Notes under the pieces: model-generated
What the model saw: the letters and a program-made list of their open reading frames with translations, nothing else
Database searches by the model: none
Told to the model about the DNA's origin: nothing
Position numbers and translations under genes: made by a program
Assembly: GCA_000004985.1 (NCBI GenBank)
Contig: GG738856.1
Direction: 5' to 3' (one strand)
DNA: 64,000 nucleotides
Source: Naegleria gruberi
Lineage: Eukaryota
In this document: one piece after another, positions 47,181-57,161 of the stretch
How positions within the stretch are numbered: position 1 is the first letter of the stretch
Layout: every line of letters begins with the position of its first letter

Positions 47181-47677
47181 TCTTGTTTTCTTGATTGACT
47201 TTTTGGATCAAGACAATTGTACATTTCGCCGCTATTCTCTCAATGATCCTAACAATGTGTGTTGAGAATTTAGTGGAGTAGTGTAGATATGTTCTTGATC
47301 TGTAGGGCCAAACAGGTTAGATTGTGAGCAAGTAATGAAAATGTTGACCTGGTGAGTGACAACTCTGCAACCTTGAATTACTGGAGTCTGCATCCTTCTA
47401 ATAGATCAACTCTGGGGGGTTCTTTGTTTGAGAAATCAGGCAACATTCTTCTGCGTTTCCTCTCAATCAACCTGCAATAATATTATGTGAAATATATTCA
47501 ACACTAGTAAATTTTTCTTTCACATAAATTGTTGTGATTTATCTTTTTTTCAATGAAATTCAATAAGAAGAAACACTGTTTCATACATTTTCATATCCCT
47601 TCCAACATTTTACCTATTAACATATTAACATTTAATTCAATTTAATAAGAATTTAATATTTAATTTGATATAAAAAA

Positions 47678-48769
47678 ATGCAAAAACGTGAAACCCTCAC
47701 TTCCTTACCTCCAGAGCTTTTCTTCTCCATCCTATCCTACCTCGATAATTGGCAGGAAAAGATACAATTCTGCACCCAATTTACTCGTGCCAAGGAGAGA
47801 AATTGGAGAGAAACATTGAGGGGAATGATTTATGAGAAGAAAACTCATGAATTGGATTTTATTGTTAATGTTTTGCCTCAAAAATTGTTTGTACAGAGGA
47901 GTCGTTGGAATGTCAAAAAAGAACAACCAATGCCTTACTTTGCAAAATTGGTGGACTTGTTGAAATTTGTCAAGAGTAAAAGAAGACATGACATTATGTT
48001 CACAAAAAAGTATGGTAATAGGAAATATAGCTTATTGGGATCTGTTTTGATTTCTTTCAAAAAATACACCAAAAAGGATAACGTTGAGGAGGTCAATGAA
48101 ATTCTCCTTCCTTTTATTAATTACTATTTAGAGGAGGGATTTGAATATTATGGAAATTATTCATTCATAACAAACGAGTCTAATTTTGTAGCCCTACTAA
48201 CTATGGTTGAGTTAGGTTGTTTGGATACTGTTACTGATATTCTTACCAACAAGATTGGTGAATTCAAATTTAATGATAGAAATGCTCAATCATTACTTGT
48301 CAGATTTATGAAATCCCTAGTTCCTCTCGAGGTTTTGAAGAAATGCCTTATTGAAACAAGAATAATAACAGCCTCATTGTTGGTTTCACCTAAAGAACTC
48401 TATCGAAACAGATACATTTCTCATTGCATAGTTTTTATTAATGCAAAGATGGATTACACAAACTGGGAATATTTCAAAAATCTCATTGATCTCATTTCAG
48501 ATCTAATTCTAGAGGCATGCACTAAGGAAGAGTTGGAAAATAATAATCATAGAACTAACATGTTACAATTATTTGGAAAGAAAACGAAAACAGCAGATTC
48601 TAGTTTCGAGTATTCTTCAATTGATTTTCTTGCTGAAACAATAACAAAATCGGAAAAACCAACTTCAAATAAGATGAAGTTTTTATATCATGTGGAGAAT
48701 AGAGTTCGAGTTTCCATTGTACCTCGTTATAAGAATTTAGCTGAATATTATGCAAAGAGATGGATCTAA
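47678..48769 (+). CDS. Hypothetical protein with an F-box-like N-terminus, 363 aa
   Basis: LTSLPPELFFSILSYLDNWQEKIQF. The ORF is continuous. Confidence 0.55.
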   Translation: MQKRETLTSLPPELFFSILSYLDNWQEKIQFCTQFTRAKERNWRETLRGMIYEKKTHELDFIVNVLPQKLFVQRSRWNVKKEQPMPYFAKLVDLLKFVKSKRRHDIMFTKKYGNRKYSLLGSVLISFKKYTKKDNVEEVNEILLPFINYYLEEGFEYYGNYSFITNESNFVALLTMVELGCLDTVTDILTNKIGEFKFNDRNAQSLLVRFMKSLVPLEVLKKCLIETRIITASLLVSPKELYRNRYISHCIVFINAKMDYTNWEYFKNLIDLISDLILEACTKEELENNNHRTNMLQLFGKKTKTADSSFEYSSIDFLAETITKSEKPTSNKMKFLYHVENRVRVSIVPRYKNLAEYYAKRWI

Positions 48770-48791
48770 AAGCTTTAAAACCTATTTGATT

Positions 48792-50666
48792 TTACAATTG
48801 TTTATTGAGCGAGTTCAATAAAGTCGATTCAAGTTTTGAATAAATGGTCAAATCAATTAGTGCATTCGGATGTGAAAATTGTTGAGGTTGACAAACTTGT
48901 TGGAGGGGAGGCAAAATTGGTAAGGTAATTTCATGGAATGATTTCGAATAATTATTCGAATAAGAATAGAAGGCACGAGTTGCTGCACCTAATGTTGTAC
49001 TATCAGCAGCGTTAGGAATAATGTGAACAGTGGAATTAAAGACATTGGACAATTGTTGGAGAAGAGTAAGGGAATTGGAAGCACCACCTGTCAAGACAAT
49101 TCTAGGTGTTTGTTGTGGAGTGAGAAGGCCATTATCTTGGGCATGTTTACGGAGGGACATGAATTGAGAGAGAACGAGTGATTTCAAATCCATGGACTTG
49201 AGAGCATTGGATTGTTCTACTTGTTGCATTGAAAGTAGTTGCTTGAATTGTTCATCATTGAGTAGTTCGTAATTTTCACAATTGTCATATTTGACAAATC
49301 TATAAAATCCATTTTGAATATGTTGGGGAGTATGAGGAGTAATTTCTGGAAATTGGAAATAAAATCCAATCAAATGCTCCACAGTTTTGAAAATTCCTGA
49401 ATCACTTTGAATTTGAATTGGACTTGGATATGGAGAGCCGATGATATTCTCAAATTCCTTCCAATCTCCATTGCAATACATGGAGCAGAATAAATCTCTG
49501 ACCATTCCTCCGTTTTTAAAGCAGAGTAAGTAGAGGTATTTTTCCTCATTCGATGATAAATGATAGCTAGGATTGATGAAAATGTGTCCCTCCAAATTAT
49601 TGCTCACATGAAGTGAATTTTCATTAACGAGTCCAAATATTGTGTGACTGGTACCTAAGGAAATGCAAATATCATGATTACTTCTCAGAAGGAAGGATGA
49701 AGAATTTTGATTATCACCAGAGAAGGAGCAAACTTGACAATCCTTTGAGAATTGGAATTTTTCACACAGCTTTTGATGAACTTTTCCAACAATAGCATTG
49801 GAAGGAGTCAATTTCTTATCTAAAACCTTTTCAAAACCCTCAACACTTTGATTGGTTAATTTTGACATGGTTCGCAAAATATCTTTCGACCATTCCAAAC
49901 TGTGAATGTCCAATAAATTCATTCCTGATCCATCTGAAAAATCAATCGATTGATACTCTCCAACGAAATAACTTGCAAAGAATGAGGAAATTAAACAAAT
50001 TCTTTCACAATTGTCTTCCAATTTCTTTCCAACCTTTTGGGCGAATTTTACAATTTGACTAGCTGTGAATCTTTCATGAGCAGTGCTTCCACTAATTTTC
50101 ATTAATTCTTCTGCACCTCCTACTCCATTTTCCAGTTGTTGACAAATCTCAGTTGTTGAACTATCCATCCAAATAGGACAATTCTTCATTGCAAAATCAC
50201 TTTCCTTCAAATTCCACACACCAACACCACCCTCTTTTCTCCTCTTCCACAATTCCTCCACACCATTCTCAGAATTCAAATAATTTGCAGCAACATAGAC
50301 CGATCCATGCTGCTGAGCAGAGCCTCCAATACACCTAATTCTCCTCCTAATTTCCACAGGAATCTTCTCCAACAATCTTTCCAAAGCCTCAACGAACATT
50401 AAAATCGGAGAAGAAACCTCTCCAAGATCCTGCTTCTCTCCCTCATGAATCAAAACACCACCCTTTGTATGATAGTGAGGACACTCTGAATCATAATGAA
50501 CATGATCCGAGTGTAGAATTTGAAAAGGAGAATCGAGTGATGAGACCACACTAATCACACTCGCTTTCATTGATTGTGTTCCGACATCAATACCAAGAAA
50601 AAAGAATTGTTCTTGTTCATCATCTTCATCATGATTGTGAATAATGCCCTTTGGTGGTTGAGACAT
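48792..50666 (-). CDS. XYLB: Xylulokinase-like FGGY-family carbohydrate kinase, 624 aa
   Basis: FLGIDVGTQSMKASVI, CPIWMDSSTTEICQQLE..GGAEEL, IDFSDGSGMNLLDI, LCFKNGG, VLTGGASNSLTLLQQLSNVFNSTV. Colinear with animal XYLB. Confidence 0.85.
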   Translation of the reverse strand: MSQPPKGIIHNHDEDDEQEQFFFLGIDVGTQSMKASVISVVSSLDSPFQILHSDHVHYDSECPHYHTKGGVLIHEGEKQDLGEVSSPILMFVEALERLLEKIPVEIRRRIRCIGGSAQQHGSVYVAANYLNSENGVEELWKRRKEGGVGVWNLKESDFAMKNCPIWMDSSTTEICQQLENGVGGAEELMKISGSTAHERFTASQIVKFAQKVGKKLEDNCERICLISSFFASYFVGEYQSIDFSDGSGMNLLDIHSLEWSKDILRTMSKLTNQSVEGFEKVLDKKLTPSNAIVGKVHQKLCEKFQFSKDCQVCSFSGDNQNSSSFLLRSNHDICISLGTSHTIFGLVNENSLHVSNNLEGHIFINPSYHLSSNEEKYLYLLCFKNGGMVRDLFCSMYCNGDWKEFENIIGSPYPSPIQIQSDSGIFKTVEHLIGFYFQFPEITPHTPQHIQNGFYRFVKYDNCENYELLNDEQFKQLLSMQQVEQSNALKSMDLKSLVLSQFMSLRKHAQDNGLLTPQQTPRIVLTGGASNSLTLLQQLSNVFNSTVHIIPNAADSTTLGAATRAFYSYSNNYSKSFHEITLPILPPLQQVCQPQQFSHPNALIDLTIYSKLESTLLNSLNKQL

Positions 50667-51077
50667 TTTTTAAAGATAATATTTAAATAATTTACAATGA
50701 TGATGATGAAAAAGCTGTAAAGCATTGTTAAGGAAGATAAAGTAAGGAAGAATAAAACTGTAAATTGATCATGAATGGAGAAGAGTACCAAAAAAGTACT
50801 TTTCCTCATCAATAATTGACCAAACCAAGAATTGATAATTATAATCCGTAATTACAATAAAGCAATATTTAACTCATCATTCCATCTCCAATTACTTCTT
50901 CTCTATCACCAAATATCATCTTGTTCTTCTTATTAAAATTATTTTTCATCAATGAATTGTTTTAAAATTTTGATCATCTTTATTTTTGTAACAATTTCCG
51001 ATCGTACAAGTTTTTAGCTGTTACGAATCTAAGAGTTATAGATGATCATCATTATCTTCATTTACAATATGATACAA

Positions 51078-51539
51078 TTATTGTTCAGAATTCAAAGGAA
51101 CGTGGGTTTCCTTAGTTTCGACGTGCTTCAATTGAACGTTGGCGTTCAACAATTCATCTTGGAGAGTCTTCTTCTTTTCACCAGTTTCCTTCTTGGCTTC
51201 TTGATTGGCTTCGAATTCCTTTTCCTTTTGAATCAATTCATCGAGGACTGAACCTTGCAACTTTTCCTTGGTTTGCTTCTTAGCTTCAACAGTAGCTTCG
51301 AATTGTTTTTCCTTTTCTTTCAATTCATCGAGGACTGAACCTTGCAACAATTCTTTAGTTTGTTTCTTGGCTTCTTGATTGGCTTCGAATTCCTTTTCTT
51401 TTTCCTTCAATTCATCAAGGACAGTTCCTTGCAACTTTTCCTTGGTTTGCTTCTTGGCTTCAATGGTAGCTTCGAATTGTTTTTCCTTTTCCAAGACTTC
51501 TTTCAAGACGGCAGTTGGGACTTGTGGTTGTTCAGACAT
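51078..51539 (-). CDS. Short tandem-repeat protein of about 154 aa ending in a beta-thymosin/actobindin-like motif (LKHVETKE); candidate actin-monomer-binding protein
   Basis: The true start is probably the internal ATG at 51539 (MSEQPQV...). Three to four near-identical repeats of about 36 aa are repeated at nucleotide level. The C-terminal LKHVETKETHVP matches thymosin LKKTETQEKNPLP and actobindin LKHAETVDK. Confidence 0.45.
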   Translation of the reverse strand: MSEQPQVPTAVLKEVLEKEKQFEATIEAKKQTKEKLQGTVLDELKEKEKEFEANQEAKKQTKELLQGSVLDELKEKEKQFEATVEAKKQTKEKLQGSVLDELIQKEKEFEANQEAKKETGEKKKTLQDELLNANVQLKHVETKETHVPLNSEQ

Positions 51540-51864
51540 TTTTTTGTAAGAGTTGATTGGTTTATTGTTGTATGAAGCATCAAGTATATTAAGCTTGATC
51601 TCGTCAACAATGATCAAAGAAAAGGCCTCTTGAGACAGAGGTTGACAGACAAGCAAGAGGTGACGTGCAACTACAATTTGATTGACAAACAACATACCTA
51701 TCAATCATGAAGCAACAATGACATGATGATGTGAAGACTTGTAATGGATAAAACAGTACACCTCTACGATTTTTTTTCACAAACTGTAGAACTATGGAAG
51801 AATATGATGTGAGATAATTAAACATTTTGAAAAAAGATTTTGAAATGGTTAAAGGGTTAATAAT

Positions 51865-53757
51865 TTATTTTTTGAATTCTTCCTTCTTGGTGGTGAGGAC
51901 TGTTGCCAAAAACTTGATATTCTTGTCTGTCTTTTCTTCTTGAATAGCCTTTTCAAATTTGCTGATTTCATTGTAAACTTCTCGTCCATGTTTTGTCTTT
52001 AACAAGGCAGAAATAATGTAGGATGCCTTCTTTTCGAAAATGTATTGTTTGCAATGGCCCTTGACAAGTTTGAAAACACCATCACAGAAACCTCCTTCAC
52101 TCTTCAAAATAATGCTTGACATGGTGGTCTTGACAAATATATTGTGGAAATCAAAATCTTTGGATTGTATCAATTCTAACAGCTTGGCTGAGATTGGTTC
52201 GAAATCTTTGTTTTCTGTTGAGAGGGCGAATGCTTCCTTAACGACAAGGTGGCCATTAGTATCAGCAATAAGGGTTGATAAATTTTCACAAATTCCAGTA
52301 ACAATAGATGGACCGAATGAGAGCAATAATTCTTGTCTAATCTTATCTTGACCCTTCTTGCTCAAAACACCATCTTTCATCATTTCCTTTCTCAATTCCA
52401 ATTCATCAAAGAGTTTTGTAGCTTGACTGTTACCAAAAACTTTAGAACTACCTGTGAGCAAGTAACGAATTGGTTTACAAGCTTGTTGGTGATGTAAGAG
52501 GTCGGATAAAACTTTTCTGAAATGCTTCAAAATCTTTTGATTCAAGAGAACAGTATCGTCAATACACTTGAACAAGTATGAAACGACAACTGAACCGAAA
52601 CAATCTTGAGAGGCCAAAACAGCCAAGTTATTGTGTGGATCACTGTTGGTGAGATCATCTTCCTTTTGCTTTTCTTCAGCACCTTCACCATCAACATTTT
52701 CTTCTGCAGAACCAGCAACATCAACCTTAGATCTAGACAAACTTCTGACAATGAGCTTTCTTTCCTTTTCGTTGGCATATGCAATACAGAGGAGGGAAAT
52801 CTTACAACCGAGGAGAGTATGGAGGATGAGTGGAATAGCACCAGCTTCAATCAAATCGTAGAGTGTGAATTTAACATGTGAACTGTCACCACATTCAAAA
52901 ACGTCAATAATGAGCTTTTGAACAACGGCCAAATCGAAGAGTCTCTTTTGGAGAGCGTTTTGAACAATCTTGGTCAAATCTGAGACAATGGTCAAAACAG
53001 CACCTGTCTTGATATTGTTATCGAGAGAATCCTTAAGAGAGTCATTCATCTTGCTTTCTTCATTAGTCCACAAGAAATCTGAGCCATAGAATTCTTGAAC
53101 GAAGAATCTCTTTTCAGTATAGTTCCACAATTCAGTGTAGCAATAGTCGAGAACTTCTCCTGAAAATCTTTGTTGAATCATTGTCTTCATATTTCCAAAG
53201 AAAACTTCCTTATAAAATTCGAGTCTTTCCTTTTGATCCTTAATCTTAACTACGTGATATTTCATAACCTTCATTACTAATTTGTGTCCATAAATATTTG
53301 AGGATAAAACCTTAAGATCACCCTTGATTTCTTTAATAACAATATTTCTCAATTTTTCATTTCCGTACTTGAGAACAGCTTGTAACAAACGACTCATATC
53401 GGAACGAAGTGATAAACTACTAATAGATCCTTCAATATATTCTAAAGCTGTTTCGAGAATGTCAATCTTTTTACTTCTCTTCTTTTCTCCCAATTGCAAA
53501 AATTCGTCAAGAGCTCTCTTAGCCATTGTTGTACTATCTTCACGCTTCAACTTCTTTTTAAAATCAGAAATACCACCACCATCTTTTCTATTTTCCGATG
53601 ATGTTTCAGAGTGCAATCTCTTTGTTGGGGCATTCTTCTTAAAACCGCCTTCACTCTTATTAAATCCCTTCTTATTATTATTAGATGATGAGAAAGAAGG
53701 CTTCTTAAAATCCTTTTTACCGCCCGATGATGGCTTGCCTGTATTTTTGTTATTCAT
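51865..53757 (-). CDS. Pumilio-repeat protein of the nucleolar PUM3/Puf-A/Puf6 type, 630 aa, with a K/S-rich N-terminus
   Basis: Puf-like units such as DMSRLLQAVLKYGNEKLRNIV and NIYGHKLVMKVMKY. A basic N-terminal tail is typical of nucleolar Puf-A. Confidence 0.55.
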   Translation of the reverse strand: MNNKNTGKPSSGGKKDFKKPSFSSSNNNKKGFNKSEGGFKKNAPTKRLHSETSSENRKDGGGISDFKKKLKREDSTTMAKRALDEFLQLGEKKRSKKIDILETALEYIEGSISSLSLRSDMSRLLQAVLKYGNEKLRNIVIKEIKGDLKVLSSNIYGHKLVMKVMKYHVVKIKDQKERLEFYKEVFFGNMKTMIQQRFSGEVLDYCYTELWNYTEKRFFVQEFYGSDFLWTNEESKMNDSLKDSLDNNIKTGAVLTIVSDLTKIVQNALQKRLFDLAVVQKLIIDVFECGDSSHVKFTLYDLIEAGAIPLILHTLLGCKISLLCIAYANEKERKLIVRSLSRSKVDVAGSAEENVDGEGAEEKQKEDDLTNSDPHNNLAVLASQDCFGSVVVSYLFKCIDDTVLLNQKILKHFRKVLSDLLHHQQACKPIRYLLTGSSKVFGNSQATKLFDELELRKEMMKDGVLSKKGQDKIRQELLLSFGPSIVTGICENLSTLIADTNGHLVVKEAFALSTENKDFEPISAKLLELIQSKDFDFHNIFVKTTMSSIILKSEGGFCDGVFKLVKGHCKQYIFEKKASYIISALLKTKHGREVYNEISKFEKAIQEEKTDKNIKFLATVLTTKKEEFKK

Positions 53758-53986
53758 TTTTTTTTCATCAAATTGTTTGAGTTACCGCTTTTTTCATCAC
53801 CAAATAAAATTTTCATCATTAATTTTCTATTTTTTCAATGTTGATGAATAGTTTCAATACCGTAATTGATAATTTACTTATTTCTGAGAAGGGAATAAAT
53901 TTATTGTTTTCATCATATTGCTTGAGGCTAGAATTTTCTCTGTGTGATGATAATTAAATTGTAAATGCGAAATAAATTGAGAAAAA

Positions 53987-55096
53987 ATGAGTAAGCGAAA
54001 ATTAGTGTGTGATGACGATGAAGACGAAGAGATTGAAGAATTCAAGGCTTCGGTTGTGAATCAAATCATAGAAGTGAGTGATGAGGATAGTTTGGATAGT
54101 CCATTGAAGACTATTACCACTCCGATTAATCCTCCTAAAAAACCTAAAATTCAATCAACCTTGGTAGAAAACAAATCAACTCCAACAAGTAAGAATCATC
54201 AAGCAACAACAACAACTCCAAAGAAGGATCTTAAATTGTCAAAGAAGGGAGAATCTAGTAATAGTAAAACAGCATCAACACCAAAAACTCCAACTACTCT
54301 CAATGTAAATACAAACAAATCAAGCCTAGGAAGTACTAGTAACAATTCATCATCGAAAAAACAAACTCTCTCACCAGAAGAATCAAAGAGCAACAAGGCA
54401 ACTACTCTCGGAGATATACTGGGACCAGAAACTAAGAAGGAAAAGAAGAATGCAAAGAGTAGATTTTGGAATATTGCAAATTGCCAACCTGTAAATTATA
54501 AGGATATCGAAGATTGGGAGGATTTTGTGGATACTGCAGAGGAGAAATATCTCGGACCAAATAGAAATAATATTAATGTTTATATTAGAGAGGAGGAAGT
54601 GAATGTGATTTATCGGTGGATTGAATCTTTTAAATCTGCAAAATCTACATTGGCTGCTAGAGTTGCAAGAAATGTAAAGGAACGAAATGACAATAGTTTT
54701 GATGAAAGAGTTGAGGAAGAGAATTGGAAGAAATTGAATACTCTCACTGCTCGATTGAAAAATCTCTTAATGAATCACGAAAATTTAACAACAGAAGATT
54801 TGGGCAAAATGAAAGAATGTAGTCAAGTTCGAAAGAAACGTATCGAGGAAGAGAAGAGAGAAAATGAACAATCAGAGAGGGAACATCAGGCACTCAAGAA
54901 TCAATCAGATATTGCCCAGATTAAATACTTTGTTTTTAGAGATGGTCCAGTGCGTGGCCAAAAAGAATACTTTGAATGGAAATCCCTCATCAATATGAAG
55001 AATCTCTTCTCTGGAGCTGCAGCTGCTGCACAAAACAACCAACAACCCTCCTTTGAAGACTCTGATGATGAATTACTGAATGGTGATATATTCTAA
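53987..55096 (+). CDS. Hypothetical acidic/basic K/S/T-rich, nucleolar-type protein, 369 aa
   Basis: Continuous ORF. No domain recognised. Confidence 0.45.
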   Translation: MSKRKLVCDDDEDEEIEEFKASVVNQIIEVSDEDSLDSPLKTITTPINPPKKPKIQSTLVENKSTPTSKNHQATTTTPKKDLKLSKKGESSNSKTASTPKTPTTLNVNTNKSSLGSTSNNSSSKKQTLSPEESKSNKATTLGDILGPETKKEKKNAKSRFWNIANCQPVNYKDIEDWEDFVDTAEEKYLGPNRNNINVYIREEEVNVIYRWIESFKSAKSTLAARVARNVKERNDNSFDERVEEENWKKLNTLTARLKNLLMNHENLTTEDLGKMKECSQVRKKRIEEEKRENEQSEREHQALKNQSDIAQIKYFVFRDGPVRGQKEYFEWKSLINMKNLFSGAAAAAQNNQQPSFEDSDDELLNGDIF

Positions 55097-55234
55097 ACCA
55101 AGCAAAAACCAGACCATCAACCAGATCAATTTTACACCTACCAAGAGAAAACTATAGAACCTTATTAAATGTATATCATCGTCATGAAGATCAACAACAT
55201 TACGTGCCCTATTAATCATATCATATGAAATGTT

Positions 55235-56649
55235 TTGAATGTGCAAACTCAGATTTTACAAATTTCCATTACAAAAAAAATGCCACCACACGCAAAGAAG
55301 CCAAAAGAAACACCACTCACCGAATCGGAACATGAAGTTACATTAAAATATGGACAAGCAATAATTATTAAAAATTCCACCATTAAAAAGATACAAATTA
55401 CTGATGGAGTGTTGAATATTTTCGGAACGGAATTTAATGCTAATGGAGAAGAAGGTGGTGTTTTGGATTTTTCTGCAGGTGGTGAATTGATTGAAGTTGT
55501 TGGTATGAATATGAGTCTGGAAAAGAAGGATACTACATTAAAGATGAATATTTTGGGAGAAGCTGAACAAGCATTTACTACTGTGGAAAGTAATCCAAAA
55601 TTTATGGAAAGTGTATTTGAAACTTTTGATAAAATTAAGGGAGGAATGAATCATGTGAGAGTATTGATTGTTGGACAAACTGATAGTGGTAAATCAACTC
55701 TATCAAGAATTTTATTCAATCATGCCTTGTTTTCCAATGAGAGAGATCAAGAGGAAAGAATTTGTGCATTTGCTGATATTGATGTTGGACAAAATCAACT
55801 TTCAATTCCTGGAAGTATGAGTATGGTCTATGAATTGCCATCTCATGAGAGCTATTCGAAAGTTGACTCTGTGATGAAGTCTAATCCACTTGCCACTATT
55901 GTGAATAGTCATGCTTTCAACTTTGGAGATATTTCACCAAAATCCACAATTTATTACGATCATATCTGTAAGCAAATGACAACATACTATGATAATATTA
56001 TCAAAAAGAATGCTGATGTGAAGAAATCAATGTGGATCATTAATACATGTGGATGGGTTGAAGGTCAAGGATATGAACTTATCAAGAATGCCATCTCCTC
56101 ATGCAATATAACTCATGTCATTTCATTCGATCAAAATACTACACGTAACTTGGAAAGAGACACCAAGAATGTTGTAATTATTCCTCTCGAAAAGAGTAGT
56201 CATGTGAAAAAGAGAAGTACCAATTTCAGAAAAGACACCAGAGCTGCCAATTTCAATTCCTACTTTAGTAATAGATTGAATACTCTTACCTTACCATTGG
56301 ATAAGGTGAAATTATGTATGATTGATTACAAGACTCAAAATTCAGCAGTAAGTATAATGTCTGACTGATTTATTGATTTAATAATTGATTTAATATTAAT
56401 GTAAATATTATATTTTAGAGAGCTTTGACTGTGAGTGATAAGTCATTGAATAGAATTAATTCAATTTCTACAGCCGATAATCTTAAAGATGTGGCAAACA
56501 AGGAAGTTCGCATGTTTGTCGTATTGCAAGCATTCAACCCAGAAAAGAATACTATTACATTATTATTGCCTGGAAAGGAAAAGAAGGAATCATTTGAAAA
56601 TCTTGAAAATCCATTACAACTTCTTGGTGGTTCCATAATCTGGAAGTAA
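55235..56649 (+). CDS. CLP1: Clp1, mRNA cleavage/polyadenylation factor polynucleotide kinase; join(55235..56347, 56419..56649)
   Basis: VRVLIVGQTDSGKSTLSRILFNHAL, ADIDVGQNQLSIPGSMS, MWIINTCGWVEGQGYELIKNAISSCNITHVISFDQ. A GTAAGT donor at 56348 and an AG at 56418 link in frame to the Clp1 C-terminal domain in ORF 56425..56649. Confidence 0.85.
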
Positions 56650-56835
56650 TCAACAATAAACTACGTTCAGACTATTGTTTATAGTTGTTCAAAATTCAGG
56701 GCACTAAATATACTGATTAGTCTAAAGGTTCGTTTTTCAAATGGCATCGTGATATTTATATTATATTTGAACCAAATTGACCAAGATAAAGATATTATTC
56801 TTGGTGTGTAGTCGAGAAAGAAAAGCATTGTTTAT

Positions 56836-56954
56836 TGGCCACGTAGCTTAATTGGAAAAGCAGAACAAATGGTTTCAGTACTGAAACTTAACTGCAGTAA
56901 AAAATTCGCATTTCATTCGTAGAAAAAGATGTGGGTTCGAGCCCCACCGTGGTC
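56836..56954 (+). tRNA. tRNA-like gene, probably an intron-containing tRNA; isotype undetermined
   Basis: Acceptor stem GGCCACG/CGTGGTC with one G-U pair. D-arm GCTT-AATTGGAA-AAGC. T-arm GTGGG-TTCGAGC-CCCAC. Discriminator G, then ATTTTTT. The 68 nt between the D and T arms are too long for a mature tRNA and I could not fold a canonical anticodon stem. Confidence 0.5.
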
Positions 56955-57161
56955 GATTTTTTCATTCCACTTTTTCTATATTTCAAATTTCTTTTTCTTC
57001 CAATTTACGTTGTTCTAAATTGAGTTATCGAGAACGAGTTGTGATGTTCTTTTTTACTTTCTCCCTCCATACTTTGTACCATAAATGGTAGCTTGTAGCA
57101 GCAATTATGTGAATTAAAATTGTAATACTCTTGAAAAATAAATAAATTTTTTTGAGGAATA

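Noticed and set aside
51042-51575. Plus-strand ORFs 51042..51251 and 51342..51575 (F/L-rich)
   Set aside because: They are antisense translations of the K/E-rich tandem repeats of the minus-strand gene.
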